Origin: Malacoraja senta
Lineage: Eukaryota
Length of the DNA stretch: 64,000 nt
Assembly: GCA_038087875.1 (NCBI GenBank)
Contig: CM075990.1
Coordinates: 8,124,001 to 8,188,000, forward strand
Direction of reading: 5' to 3'
Part shown: piece by piece, positions 1 to 11,035 of the stretch
Layout of the letters: each line of letters begins with the position of its first letter
How positions within the stretch are numbered: position 1 is the first letter of the stretch
Program-made: the position numbers and the translations under genes
Notes under the pieces: model-generated
What the model was told of the DNA's origin: nothing
The model's database searches: none
Seen by the model: only the letters and a program-made list of their open reading frames with translations

Positions 1-791
1 ACCGATTTGCATCCCAAACCTTGACATGCGGCAGACCTTAAGCAATGGATTATTGTTATGTAACTCAATACTGGTATTGATCACCGTAATATTATGTGCT
101 GTGCGGCCAGTTCCTTTAATGGGTTGGTGTGGGTAAGTATTGCGGTGTGGGGTGCAACTTTGTAACTTTGTCACGAGTGGCACCTTAAAACCTTATGTTT
201 TGCTTCATTACTCGATAAGAGTTCAGGAGAAGTAGTGGCGTCAGAAACCAGTTGGCAGAACCAACATTGTGGACCACAGCTGCACAATAAAAACCTTGTA
301 CAGGTTTTGCAGCCTTAGTGAGCACGCAAGCACTTTTCACGTGTTTTGGGATCTCTGCCCGTGGGTGATGTTTGACAGGCAATATTGGAACAACTAAGCT
401 GTTTATTTTGGCAGAAAGTATCAGTTCAGAGTTTTTGTTATAAGGGATAGCCAATCTCTGAAACGTTGCTTCATTGAATATTTTCATTGAATATGAAGGA
501 GACCATGCGGCCCACCTGTCTCTTCATTCCTACCACTGCTGCACCCAAATGCATAACCAGACTTTTTTGCCTCCAACAATCCCCCAAGTATTTTCTGTAA
601 TATTACACCTTTATGTCAACTGTCCCTTGACATCTGTCTTGAACTTTGATTATATCTGATTATCCTTTGACCTTATTTTGATACATTGCTTTAGTAATGT
701 TACATTCCAATTGCACCCCTCCCTTAACACTGATTCAGCAAGTGTGTTGGATTGTGTGTGAAATGGCAATAGTTCTCCATGTCAACAAACT

Positions 792-867
792 ACTTCTTCT
801 TGCGTATGGCGTGCACAGCCTAAAGTTGTAGGACAACTTGGTCTATTTGATCTTATTTGATTGTGGG
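792..867 (-). mobile_element. Short 3' tip of a non-LTR retroelement (RTE/Vingi-like tail)
   Basis: 76-bp insert flanked by direct repeat caacaaact (783-791, 868-876). Minus strand ends ccatacgcaagaagaag and contains hairpin aagttg-tccta-caactt. Confidence 0.6.
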
Positions 868-1790
868 CAACAAACTCCCTCTTCAACACCCATTGGGAAG
901 TGTGCGTTTCCTTATAGCACCTCTGTCCATAATATTTCATAGAATCTTCTCTTCCCATTGAGTTGAGAACATTTACCTACTTACTCCTCTAATGTACTTT
1001 GTTTCCATGAGTAGACGCACAGATTTTTTAACGTGTAATTTTGCCAATGTAGAACATTTTGATTGAACTTGTATTAATGGTTATAAGATGTTTTAATTCT
1101 TGAAAAAATTATCATGTCGCTTTGTGATATATTTATCCAGTTTCCACACAGATCAGGCCAATGCATTGGAACAATAAAGAACAATGTTTCTGGCATTGTA
1201 GCCTTTATCTTAATTGTTAACTTTCAAATGGCAGTAAGCACCATTGGTGTTTGGTGGTTCAAATTAAATCTAGAATCATTTATGAAAAGAGTTAGATGCA
1301 GATATTTTCACTTGGCCCCAATAGTATCTTACACATATTTTAACTGTCTTCTTTTGCAGATATAAGAGTATTATATCTTGAAATCTTGATTGGTTAGGGA
1401 TAATCCACTTGTTCTTACAGATTGAAGTAATCTAAACAAGTCAACACTAGTTTAAGGATTTTAGTGGACTTACTGTCCATTAAAATTTGAATGCCACTTG
1501 CAGTCATCGTGTTTATTAATGGTAAAAGTTAGATGTTTTTATGATACCACCATTATGATTTAAAAAAAATATTTACCATTAATATTTTGATTTACAAACT
1601 TTATCGAGTAACTTCTTCACAAGAATGAGTAAAGCACAGTGACAGGGAGGAAACTGAGGTGGAAATTTGTTATGGAGAGGTAGGGTTCTTGAGCAGATAT
1701 TGAGTGACTAGCTCCTATGTTTGAAGTATTTTGATGTGACTTCTCAAAGGTAACTTCCCGATTTTGATGGCTATTTCTTTGCAGCACCTA

Positions 1791-2003
1791 CAGTGGCTTG
1801 CAAAAGTATTCATACCCCTTGAACTTTTCCACATTTTGTCACGTTACAACCACAAACGTAAATGTATTTTATTGGGATTTTATGTGATAGACCAACACAA
1901 AGTGGTGCATAATTGTGAAGTGGAAGGAAAATGATACATGGTTTTCAAATTTTTTTACAAATAAAAAACTGAAAAGTGTCGCGTGCAAAAGTATTCAGCC
2001 CCC
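1791..2003 (+). repeat. Left TIR of Tc1 element with outer and inner direct repeats
   Basis: TGCAAAAGTATTCA at 1799-1812 and 1984-1997. Reverse complement of 3195-3407 with about 3 mismatches by eye. Confidence 0.93.
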
Positions 2004-2008
2004 CCGAG

Positions 2009-3028
2009 TCAATATTTTGTAGAACCACCTTTCGCTGCAATTACAGCTGCAAGTCTTTTGGGGTATGTCTCTACCAGCTTTGCACATCTAGAGACTGAAA
2101 TTTTTGCCCATTCTTCTTTGCAAAATAGCTCGAGCTCAGTCAGGTTGGATGGAGAGCGTTTGTGAACAGCAATTTTCAAGTCTTGCCAGAGATTCTCAAT
2201 TGGATTTAGGTCTGGACTTTGACTGGGCCATTCTAACACATGAATATGCTTTGATCTAAACCATTCCATTGTAGCTCTGGCTGTATGTTTAGGGTCGTTG
2301 TCCTGCTGGAAGGTGAACCTCCGCCCCACTCTCAAGTCTTTTGCAGACTCTAACAGGTTTTCTTCCAAGATTGCCCTGTATTTGGCTCCATCCATCTTCC
2401 CATCAACTCTGACCAGCTTCCCTGTCCCTGCTGAAGAAAAGCATCCCCACAGCATGATGCTGCCACCACCATGTTTCACAGTGGGGATGGTGTGTTCAGG
2501 GTGATGTGCAGTGTTAGGTTTCCACCACACATAGCGTTTTGCATTGAGGCCAAAAACATCAATTTTGGTCTCATCTGACCAGAGCACCTTCCTCCACATG
2601 TTTGCTGTGTCCCCCACATGGCTTGTGGCAAACTGCAAACGGGACTTCTTATGGCATTTTTTCAACAATGGCTTTCTTCTTGCCACTCTTCCATAAAGGC
2701 CCGATTTGTGGAATGCACGACTAATAGTTGTCCTGTGGACAGATTCTCCCACCTGAGCTGTGGATCTCTGCAACTCCTCCAGAGTTACCATGGGCCTCTT
2801 GGCTGCTTCTCTGATCAATGCTCTCCTTGCCTGGCCTGTCAGTTTAGGTGGACGGCCATGTCTTGGTAGGTTTGCAGTTGTGCCATACTCTTTCCATTTT
2901 CGGATGATGGATTGAACAGTGCTCCGTGAGATGTTCAAAGCTTGGGATATTTGTTTATAACCTAACCCTGCTTTAAACTTCTCCACAACTTTATCCCTGA
3001 CCTGTCTGGTGTGTTCCTTGGGCTTCAT
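2009..3028 (-). CDS. Tc1-family DD34E transposase, 339 aa
   Basis: Paired-like HTH N-terminus with GRPPK motif; WSDETK, FQQDNDPKH and SPDLNPIENLW catalytic motifs; 34 residues between second D and E; no stops or frameshifts. Confidence 0.96.
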   Translation of the reverse strand: MKPKEHTRQVRDKVVEKFKAGLGYKQISQALNISRSTVQSIIRKWKEYGTTANLPRHGRPPKLTGQARRALIREAAKRPMVTLEELQRSTAQVGESVHRTTISRAFHKSGLYGRVARRKPLLKKCHKKSRLQFATSHVGDTANMWRKVLWSDETKIDVFGLNAKRYVWWKPNTAHHPEHTIPTVKHGGGSIMLWGCFSSAGTGKLVRVDGKMDGAKYRAILEENLLESAKDLRVGRRFTFQQDNDPKHTARATMEWFRSKHIHVLEWPSQSPDLNPIENLWQDLKIAVHKRSPSNLTELELFCKEEWAKISVSRCAKLVETYPKRLAAVIAAKGGSTKY

Positions 3029-3194
3029 GATGCTGTTTGTTCACTAATGTTCTCTAACAAACCTCTGAGGCCTTCACAGAACAGCTGTATTTATACTGAG
3101 ATTAGATTACACACAAGTGGACTCTATTTACTAATTATGTGACTTCTGAAGGCAATTGGTTGCACTGGATTTTATTTAGGGGTATCAGAGTAAT

Positions 3195-3407
3195 GGGGGC
3201 TGAATACTTTTGCACGCGACACTTTTCAGTTTTTTATTTGTAAAAAAATTTGAAAACCATGTATCAATTTCCTTCCACTTCACAATTATGCGCCACTTTG
3301 TGTTGGTCTATTACATAAAATCCCAATAAAATACATTTACGTTTGTGGTTGTAACGTGACAAAATGTGGAAAAGTTCAAGGGGTATGAATACTTTTGCAA
3401 GCCACTG
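3195..3407 (-). repeat. Right TIR of Tc1 element
   Basis: Reverse complement of 1791-2003; ends GCCACTG followed by TA. Confidence 0.93.
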
Positions 3408-4863
3408 TACGTCTAAAAACTAAGCTAATTTCATTCATCAATAATGAATCGGCCGAACTAATTTGTCACTTGCTCCTGTTCTGCACTTTGATTCCTCGAA
3501 TAAATTTGCACAGATCTTTCAACTTTAAATTTTACTGATGTTATAAATTTATGTTGCGTGTGATTATTAATGTTTCCAATAATTTTTTGTGCTTAGAACA
3601 TTTATTGTATCATTTTGCAGTAGATTTACAGTGTCTTCCATATGTCAGTAGATCAGTTGCCTGTGATTGCTATATCAAGGAGTGATTGGAGCCGGCTTTT
3701 GCATCCAATTTGACAGCAGATCAGCTGAAATGAAAATACTAAAGAGTCTGTGCAGTGTTTGTGAACACTGTGAAATACAAATAGGACACTGTATTGCTCT
3801 TGCCTGCTGCATTTTAACATGGCAGTTCTGGTTAGTTGGAGGTTTATGCCCTTAGTTCTTAGAAGTCTGATTGTTCATTTTATCACAAGGCTTGGGATTG
3901 GGCTCATTTGCTCCTCCACAGGGAAGGATAGAAAACCAGTTAAGTCCTTCCAGTTCTATTGCCAAATATATCTAGTGGCTGCTTTCATAGAAGGTTTGCT
4001 GCAGAGTCTGTCCAAGTGCTCTGTTAGCCCCTGAGGCATATGGACAGATTTTTACAAGTGGACATTTTTATCCAGTAGTGATCACAGAAAGTCAGGTATA
4101 TCTCCAGATATCATTCATTCAAGCGTTTCGAGAAGGTCATTTTGGTGATGAGCCGGAGAGAAGTAAAATGCAGGAATTGCAATGGTGGTGTCTGGTTAGG
4201 ATGGGAATAGATGAAGATATTTGCCTAAAATATCTACATGGAGTTATTTGACCGGGGCACCCTCCAGCAAAGTTTATTATTTGTAATTCGCGAGTGTGCT
4301 CAGAGGCCGGATGAGAGAAAGCAAATGGCTCTTCAATGAGGACAAGTGTTGTAATCACAACATGTACTGTATGCAATTTCATTCCAGGCTAAAGAGGTAA
4401 AAGCCTTTCACCTGGGTTCAAGTGAAATAGGTTCAGAGCAATTTACAATTGTAATCTGAAACCAAAAATAATATTGAAAGTTGAATCTAAGTTTACCATG
4501 TTTCTCGCAGGTCTCGTTGTGGAAATGAACATTTAGTACAGGTAAAACCAAAGTGACTGTTGTAAGTTAATGTGAAAAAGAGGTTCACTTAACCCAGCCC
4601 TATTGTTTCTCTGTCGAGGGAGGGACATTAAGCTGACAGTGTGTGACATTGTTGGGAAAATGCCTATGTTCTCCACATTTACATGGTTCTCATAAGTGAA
4701 GGGTAACATCCAACAACAAAACCAACTCATTGAAAGGCAATCATATTTGTAAATTTGCATGTTAAACTTGGTTGCTTATTGACTTAAAACAGAAGATTAA
4801 ACCATGTAATCAATCCATTGTCAACGTTGCTTGTTTTCATATTTAGATTATAATCTATTTATA

Positions 4864-5089
4864 GACAAACACAAAAAGCTGGGGTAACTCAGCAGGTCAG
4901 GCAGCATCTCTGGAGAAAAGGAATAGGTGACATTTCGGGTCAAGACCCGTCTTCGGCCTGAAGAAGAGTCTCGACCAAAATCATCTCTTATTCCTTTTCT
5001 CCAGAGATGCTGTCTGACCCGCTGAGTTACTCCAGCTTTTTGTGTCTATCTCCGGTTTAATCCAGCAACTGCAGTTCCTTCCTACACAT
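4864..5089. mobile_element. Penelope-like (PLE)-derived foldback element with degenerate hammerhead cores
   Basis: Inverted arms acacaaaaagctgg...gcagcatctctggag / ctccagagatgctg...ccagctttttgtgt. Right arm extends to gcagttccttcctacac. Flanked by atctatttata (4853-4863, 5090-5100). Confidence 0.8.
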
Positions 5090-5654
5090 ATCTATTTATA
5101 CCCAGGCCCCACCTGCACCATCACTTATTCTTTGTTCACCTGAAGGCTCAATTTCCTCATTAACGTCGCCACTCTATAGCACGATCTAGTGTCGAACTTT
5201 GGTGCCGTATCTTACATGTACACATCCATTCCTTCACTCCTTCAAAGGCTCTTCAACTGCAAGAGTATCTCTTTTGAAACCTAATTATTGTCAGAAATCC
5301 TCTCCAGGACATTATCTTCTCATTTTCTGAATTCCATGGATTCTGGAACAGTTCCAGCATTTCAATGGTAGCAAATGCATCATTATTGTTGAAAAGAGGA
5401 ATGAGAAAGAAATTAGGAACTAGATATTCTGGCATCTGTTGTCAGGACTTTGTGTACAGAATAAGGTGACGGGGCATTTAGAAGATCATAATTCACAGCA
5501 ACCTTGATATATTAAAGCACGATTGTAGGTTTTTATCATGTCCCAACATGGATATTAGGTAAAGATTAGTTTCACTTATAACAGAGGAAGCTTGTATGAA
5601 AGTTTACCCCTGACTTGTATTGAGATTGTATTATCAGGCAGAACCAATATACCA

Positions 5655-5763
5655 GGGGATACAGACCTAATGCGGGCAGATGGGATTAGCATCGATGGGT
5701 AAAATGGTCAGCATGGATATGATGGGCTGAATGGCCTGTTTCTGTACTGTACAGCTATGACTA
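5655..5763 (+). mobile_element. CR1/HER1 LINE 3' UTR fragment
   Basis: gggctgaatggcctgtttctgtactgta 3' stem-loop region shared with other CR1 ends in the window. Confidence 0.55.
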
Positions 5764-6218
5764 TAAAAATAAATTATCTTTGTAAAATTTAAAGTTTTTA
5801 AGAAACTTGGGTAGATAAAGTGATGTCAGTGGATATAGTGGCTTTTGCTTTTAAACAAGATATCACCTAGAATGTGTTATTCTATCAAAAATATCTGTTT
5901 CCTCTACTTGTTTCCTTTATCTGCGCTGCTGGTTTTGTCTTCAAACAGTCCAATTAAATATGACAAATCTAATTTCTCATAAAAATCTTTCACATAAATG
6001 GATTGGGAATAATGATTTGGGGATTGGGTGGGTTCATTAAAGGATAGGGAACCGAGTAGTAATGATGGTGTTGTACAGATTGACAGTGGAGTGCTACAGT
6101 GATCAGTACTAGTTCCTTTACCATTAACAATGTAAATGAATGATTCAGATGAAAAGATGGACTCTAACCTATGCACGGTTGTTGATAATGTATATAAAGG
6201 TAAGATTGTAGGGAACCA

Positions 6219-6775
6219 GCACAGCGGGGCCACAGCAGAGCTGCTGCCGCACTGCACCAGAGACCTGGGCTTGATACTGACCTCGGATGCTGTCTGTGTG
6301 GAGTTTGCACATTCTCTCTGTGACTGAGTGGGTTTTCTCCGGGTACCCGGTTTTTCCCCGCATTCCAAAGTCGTGCGGGTTTGTAGGTCATGTAGGAAGG
6401 AACTGCAGATGCTGGTTTAAACCGAAGGTGGACACAAAAAGCTGGAGTAACTCAGCGGGTCAGACAGCATCTCTGGAGAAAAGGAACAGGTGAAGATTCG
6501 GGTCGAGACCCTTCTTCAGAAATAGGAGTAATGTAGAAATGTGGGTCTGAAGAAGGGTCTCAACCTGAAACGTCACCTGTTCCTTTTCTCCAGAGATGCT
6601 GCCTGACCCACTGAGTTACTCCAGCTTGTTGTGTCTATCCCAGGTTTGTAGATTTATTGGCTTCTGTAAAATTGCCCCTAGTGTGCAGGATGTAAAACTT
6701 GGATAACATAGAACTAGTTGAACAGCTGATTCATGGTCAGCATGGAATCAGTGGGCCAAAGGTCCTGCTTACATC
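6219..6775 (+). mobile_element. tRNA-derived V-SINE (HE1-like), interrupted by a PLE foldback element
   Basis: tRNA-like head, V-domain tgtgtggagtttgcacattctc...gggttttctccggg, tail resuming at 6643. Confidence 0.8.
6391..6640. mobile_element. PLE-derived foldback element with hammerhead core
   Basis: Inverted arms. Plus-strand core ctgaagaagggtctcaacctgaaacgtc at 6547-6574. Direct repeat ggtttgtag at 6378-6386 and 6643-6651. Confidence 0.85.
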
Positions 6776-6879
6776 TCTGAAGGAGCAGCCGTAGGCTATT
6801 TGATCCTTCAAGCCGGCTTTGATCATGCCCCAACTCCTCTTCTTTGTGAGTTCCTTCCAGCTCTTAATTCTTGATCTTT

Positions 6880-7440
6880 AAAAAATGTAAGAGGATGTGA
6901 GAAAGATGACAAGAGCCTGAAAAAGGATGTAGGCAGGTGGGAAAGGTGCAGCAGATGGTCTTCAGTTTGAAGCATTAACTTATCTATTAGCAATGGAGTA
7001 TATTATTTGAAATGGTGCAAAACACATACATGTTTGTGTGCAGGTGAATCCTGGGGTGCTAGTTTCTGAAATGCTAGAAGCATCACAGATGCAACCGAGC
7101 AAATGAGATAGCAGGTGGTATGTTAGCTTTTTTTACTGATGAAGTTGAGGTGCAGCAAAGCTTTTCCGTATAGACACAAAGGGTTTATTCTGGTCTCAGT
7201 ATTTAAAGGACAGATTACTTGCATTGGGTTGGAGTAGCATTGTTTCACCAGATTGATTCCCGGAATGAGAGTTGTCTTATCAGGAGAGAGTAAGTAAGAT
7301 TGTCTAATAATCACTGGGATTTTGAAGACTGAAATTATGATATTGAAATACGAATGACTGAAAATGATACAAACAGGTTATCTCTATTGGATGAAGAATT
7401 TAGAGCTAGAAGTAGCCTTGGGAAGATAATATTTAGTTCC
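6880..7440 (+). mobile_element. Old, degraded CR1 LINE RT-region fragment
   Basis: Decayed similarity to the CR1 ORF2 C-terminus seen at 43718-44441 (tttcaccagattgattcccggaatgaga; 3' part resumes near 7735-7865). Confidence 0.55.
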
Positions 7441-7511
7441 AAGATGATGAGATAAATCATAACTCATTCATCATTGGCATTCTCTTTCCCAAAGAATCTT
7501 GGATGACCAGT

Positions 7512-7720
7512 TGTGCATGAAGGAACTGCAGATGCTGGTTTACACCGAAGATAGGCACAAAATACTGGAGTAACTCAGCGGGATAGGCAGCATCTCTGGA
7601 TAGAAGGAATGGGTGAAGTTTTGGGTCTGAAGAAGGGTCTCGACCCGAAACGTCACCCATTCCTTCTCTCCAGAGATGCTACCTGTCCCGCTGAGTTACT
7701 CCAGCATTTTGCATCTATCT
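7512..7720. mobile_element. PLE-derived foldback element
   Basis: Long left arm from gaaggaactgcagatgctgg, short right arm, central hammerhead core, degenerate flanking duplication (ttggatgaccagttg / ttggattacctgttg). Confidence 0.85.
7622..7659 (+). ncRNA. Minimal type I hammerhead ribozyme motif
   Basis: UGGGU-CUGAAGA-A-GGGUC-UC-GACCC-GAAA-CG-UC^-ACCCA: complete catalytic core, 5-bp stem II, 5-bp stem I, palindromic ACGU in place of stem III. Confidence 0.75.
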
Positions 7721-9209
7721 TTGGATTACCTGTTGTTGATTTTATTCAAGACTCGAAATTGAAGGATTTTTAGACTGAAGGGGAGTCAAGGATTATGGGG
7801 ATTGGACAGAAACATGAACAGAGTTAAGTACGGGCATGATCTGTTGAATGGCAGAGCAGCCTCATGAGTCATTATGTTCTTTTACTATCTTTTTCTGCCC
7901 TATTCTTGCTCAGAATTTTGTTCTTTAACTCTGATGTCCCAAAATGTATTCCCTGTTCAGCATTGGAGGCAAAGACTTGTTGTTTATGTTGTCAAATCAC
8001 CAAATTTCCAAATTATTTTATTAGTCAGCCTCTTCCTGCTTTGTCTTCAAGGTTATCCTGTAAATGTATTAATTTCAGTCTTTTTCCCCTAGAAACACAA
8101 ATCTGTGCACAGCCCCTGCAAGGTCAATGAAGGCCTTCTGTGTAATATCCGGAACTAACCATAGTGCACAATTAAGTTGTGCCATGTAATTTTGATACTT
8201 TCCCCTTGTCCGGTCAACCATCGCTGATCAGGCAGGCAGTGTCAACCATAATCCTGGCTGAGATTATGTGGCTGCATGTAGCCTGGGATAAAGGATGGAA
8301 TTATTTGCTTTGGGTCTACATTTCCTTTGAGAAATAAGGCAGATAACAAATCTAACCCTATCTCCGAAACCTTTCCTCTATCTCTTGCTTAGTGCCATCT
8401 AGTCTTCCGGTAAACCACTGTGGGATGTTTTGTTTTGTGTAGGGAGGTGTATAAAAGTAAAGTGTTATCGTCAACTATGTTCTAACAATAGATTTCCATT
8501 AAGTGCCTTCAATTCTACCGTACTTTTAATTGTTTATTGGGTTGCGATGATTACCATATTATTTCTATTGCATAATATTGGTTTGGCATAATGGATTCTG
8601 TGGAAGTCAGACAACATTTCTGTGGCATTCTTATTGCATTGTGGATGCTGCATTATTTAATGTCACATTAGAGAAGCCATTAAGCAGCTGTTGAAAGTGA
8701 CTTGCGTTGGTTGCTTGGACATGCCTATACCAGGCAGGCAATCATTAGGCTTTTACATTCAGTGATACTTGTCTTTTTGCAAGGGAAACTGGAGGCGATA
8801 ACCTTAATGTACCTGGCACAGCACAAAGAGAGTGACATTGTCTTCCCACAGAGATAATAGAACCCTGAATAAATCTTTTTTTAAATTCAAATGTACGGTG
8901 CTTTTGGTGTTGTGGAAATTGTTGCTGTCAAATTAAAGTGTAAAGCAAATAATCAGATCGTAAATAGGTGTGTCAGAAAGGAGTATTTCAACCACATTAC
9001 TAAGACTGATTCTCTCCCCAGAATAAGTTAAATGTAACTTGCCCTGTCACTGATACACACCCCTTGACACCTAACACATCTGCCAGTCCCGATCCTGTGA
9101 AATTATTTGGTATTATTGATTCCTTCACCTGAAGTAATACTTTCTCTCTATAAAACCCTTGCCACAATCTTAAATGCTTCCAATCCAATTAGATCATTTC
9201 TTAATTTTA

Positions 9210-9508
9210 ATTTAGATTATAGGTATAGCGTGGGAACAGGCCCTTCAGCCCACTGAGCCTACACCGATCAATGATCACCCGTACATTAGCACTATCCTAC
9301 ATACTAGGGCCAAATTACAATGTTTACCGAAGCAAATTAACCTACAATCCTGTACGTCTTTGAAGTGTGGGAGGAAACCGGAGCACCTGGAGAAAACTGA
9401 TGCAGCCATGGGGAGAGCGTACGAACTCTGTACAGACAGTTGCTGTAGCCAGGATCGAACCGGGGTCTCTGGCACTGTAAGGCAGCAACTCTACAGCTGC
9501 GCCACGGA
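9210..9508 (-). mobile_element. tRNA-derived V-SINE (HE1-like)
   Basis: Reverse complement of the SINE at 38288-38592, with B-box-like ggttcgatcc on the minus strand. Confidence 0.85.
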
Positions 9509-9921
9509 GGCTACATGGTGGTATTATTGATTCCTTTATCTGAAGCAATACTTTCTCTCTAGAAAAACCTTTTGACATCTTAAATGCTTCAATTCGACAA
9601 CTTCTAAATCTTCACATACACAAAGTTTGTCTAGTAATTTACCACACTGATCATTGGCATCTTTAAGGTGAATCTGTCCTGCATCCCATCCATAGCTCTC
9701 CCAGCGAGCAATGATATCAGAACCAAACATAATATCCCAGTAAGACGTATGGCTCCATTCTAATGCCATCCACATTACTGGCTAATGATTGTGAGTCACA
9801 CATAGAGCTATAACCGTGCCCGATACTACTCAGCTTGTATGTAGCCTAGTATAGAGCATGGGACCATCTTCATTAGTTCAGATCTGCATCAAATATTGCA
9901 TTATCTTTAAGTCCTGTCAGA

Positions 9922-10128
9922 AGGTCATAAGTGATAGGAGAAGAATTAGGTCATTCAGCCCATCAAGTCTACTCCGCCATTCAATCATGGCTGATCTATC
10001 TCTCCCTCCTAACCCCATTCTCCTGCCTTCTCCCCATAATCCCTGATACCCGTACTAATCAAGAAGCCTTAGAAAATATCCATTGACGGCCTTCTGTGTC
10101 AAAGAGTTCCACAGATTCACCACCCTTT
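9922..10128 (-). mobile_element. CR1/HER1 LINE 3' end fragment
   Basis: ggtcataagtgataggag...cagcccatcaagtctactccgccattcaatcatggctgatc; near-identical ends at 12490-12615, 48720 and 60690-60825. Confidence 0.75.
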
Positions 10129-10898
10129 GTATGTAATACACCAACAAGCAAAACTAAACTTCCAAAATAAACAAAACCAAAGAAAAAGTGACAACCAAAC
10201 AATATACAGTAGGTTCTAGCAGGTCAGGCAGCATCTCTGGAGGACTAAGGTGGAGAATCGATGGCATTGTTCCATGACCCCTCATTCGACTGGAACATCA
10301 GAAATGGTATTGATTTGTTAGGCAGTATCTCAGGAATTGAATACCGAAGAATTTCACAGTCAGTAACATTCTTTTAAGTTAAAAAAACTTATACTTTAGT
10401 CATAATATAGACACTATAAATACAATTGGAACATTTTTTTTCAACATTCATTGTACTAACAATCAATCTGTTCTCTTTCAATGTGCCCATGCCAACTCAC
10501 GTCTCCTGCTTAAACAATGCATCTTCTTCCCTATTGACACACCATTCTGACAGAATGGTTTTTGAAGCTAATGTCAACCAATCTGGATTTGCATATCCTC
10601 TCTGAATTAAAGTGAGCAAGAGATGCTTTATATTGGTAGGAGAATTTGAATCTCTGATTGGAATATACGGGCTGAATGAAGCTAGTTGACAACATGATTT
10701 TTCCAAAACATTCCTTTTCCACTGGTTCACGATGGAATTGTTGCATTGTTTCATGCTGTGGCTTAGCAACACAGGTGATAATTGGACTGGTGTGGTTTTC
10801 TGTTTAGTGTGAATGACACATATCTAACATTCTATGTATGTGGTTCAAGTATTGCTTCCCATATCTTCCCTGTGTCATACAGTCATAAAGCAATTCAT

Positions 10899-11035
10899 TC
10901 ATAGAGTCATAGAGTGATACAGTGTGGAAACAGGCCCTTCGGCCCAACTTGCCCACACTGGACAACAGGTCCCTGCTACACTAGTCTCATCTGCCTATGT
11001 TTGGTCCATATGCCTCCAAACCTGTCCTGTCCATG
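10899..11035 (-). mobile_element. CR1 LINE 3' end (catagagt-tail subfamily)
   Basis: atagagtcatagagtgatacagtgtggaaacaggcccttcggccc; same end as 42560 and 52990. Confidence 0.7.

Larger units (their letters stand above)
1791..3407 (-). mobile_element. Full-length Tc1/mariner DNA transposon, IR/DR type (Passport/Eagle/Glan-like)
   Basis: TA at 1789-1790 and 3408-3409. 213-bp TIRs starting CAGTGGCTTGCAAAAGTATTCA. Internal intact transposase ORF. Confidence 0.97.

Noticed and set aside
1140..1210. Minus-strand LFFIVPMH resembling reverse transcriptase motif A
   Set aside because: No catalytic Asp upstream and no LPQG or YxDD motif at the expected spacing.
4864..5089. Reading the foldback elements as DNA-transposon MITEs
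   Set aside because: Arms are asymmetric, duplications vary in length, and the arm is continuous with a GIY-YIG 3' end at 26873 and 60121.
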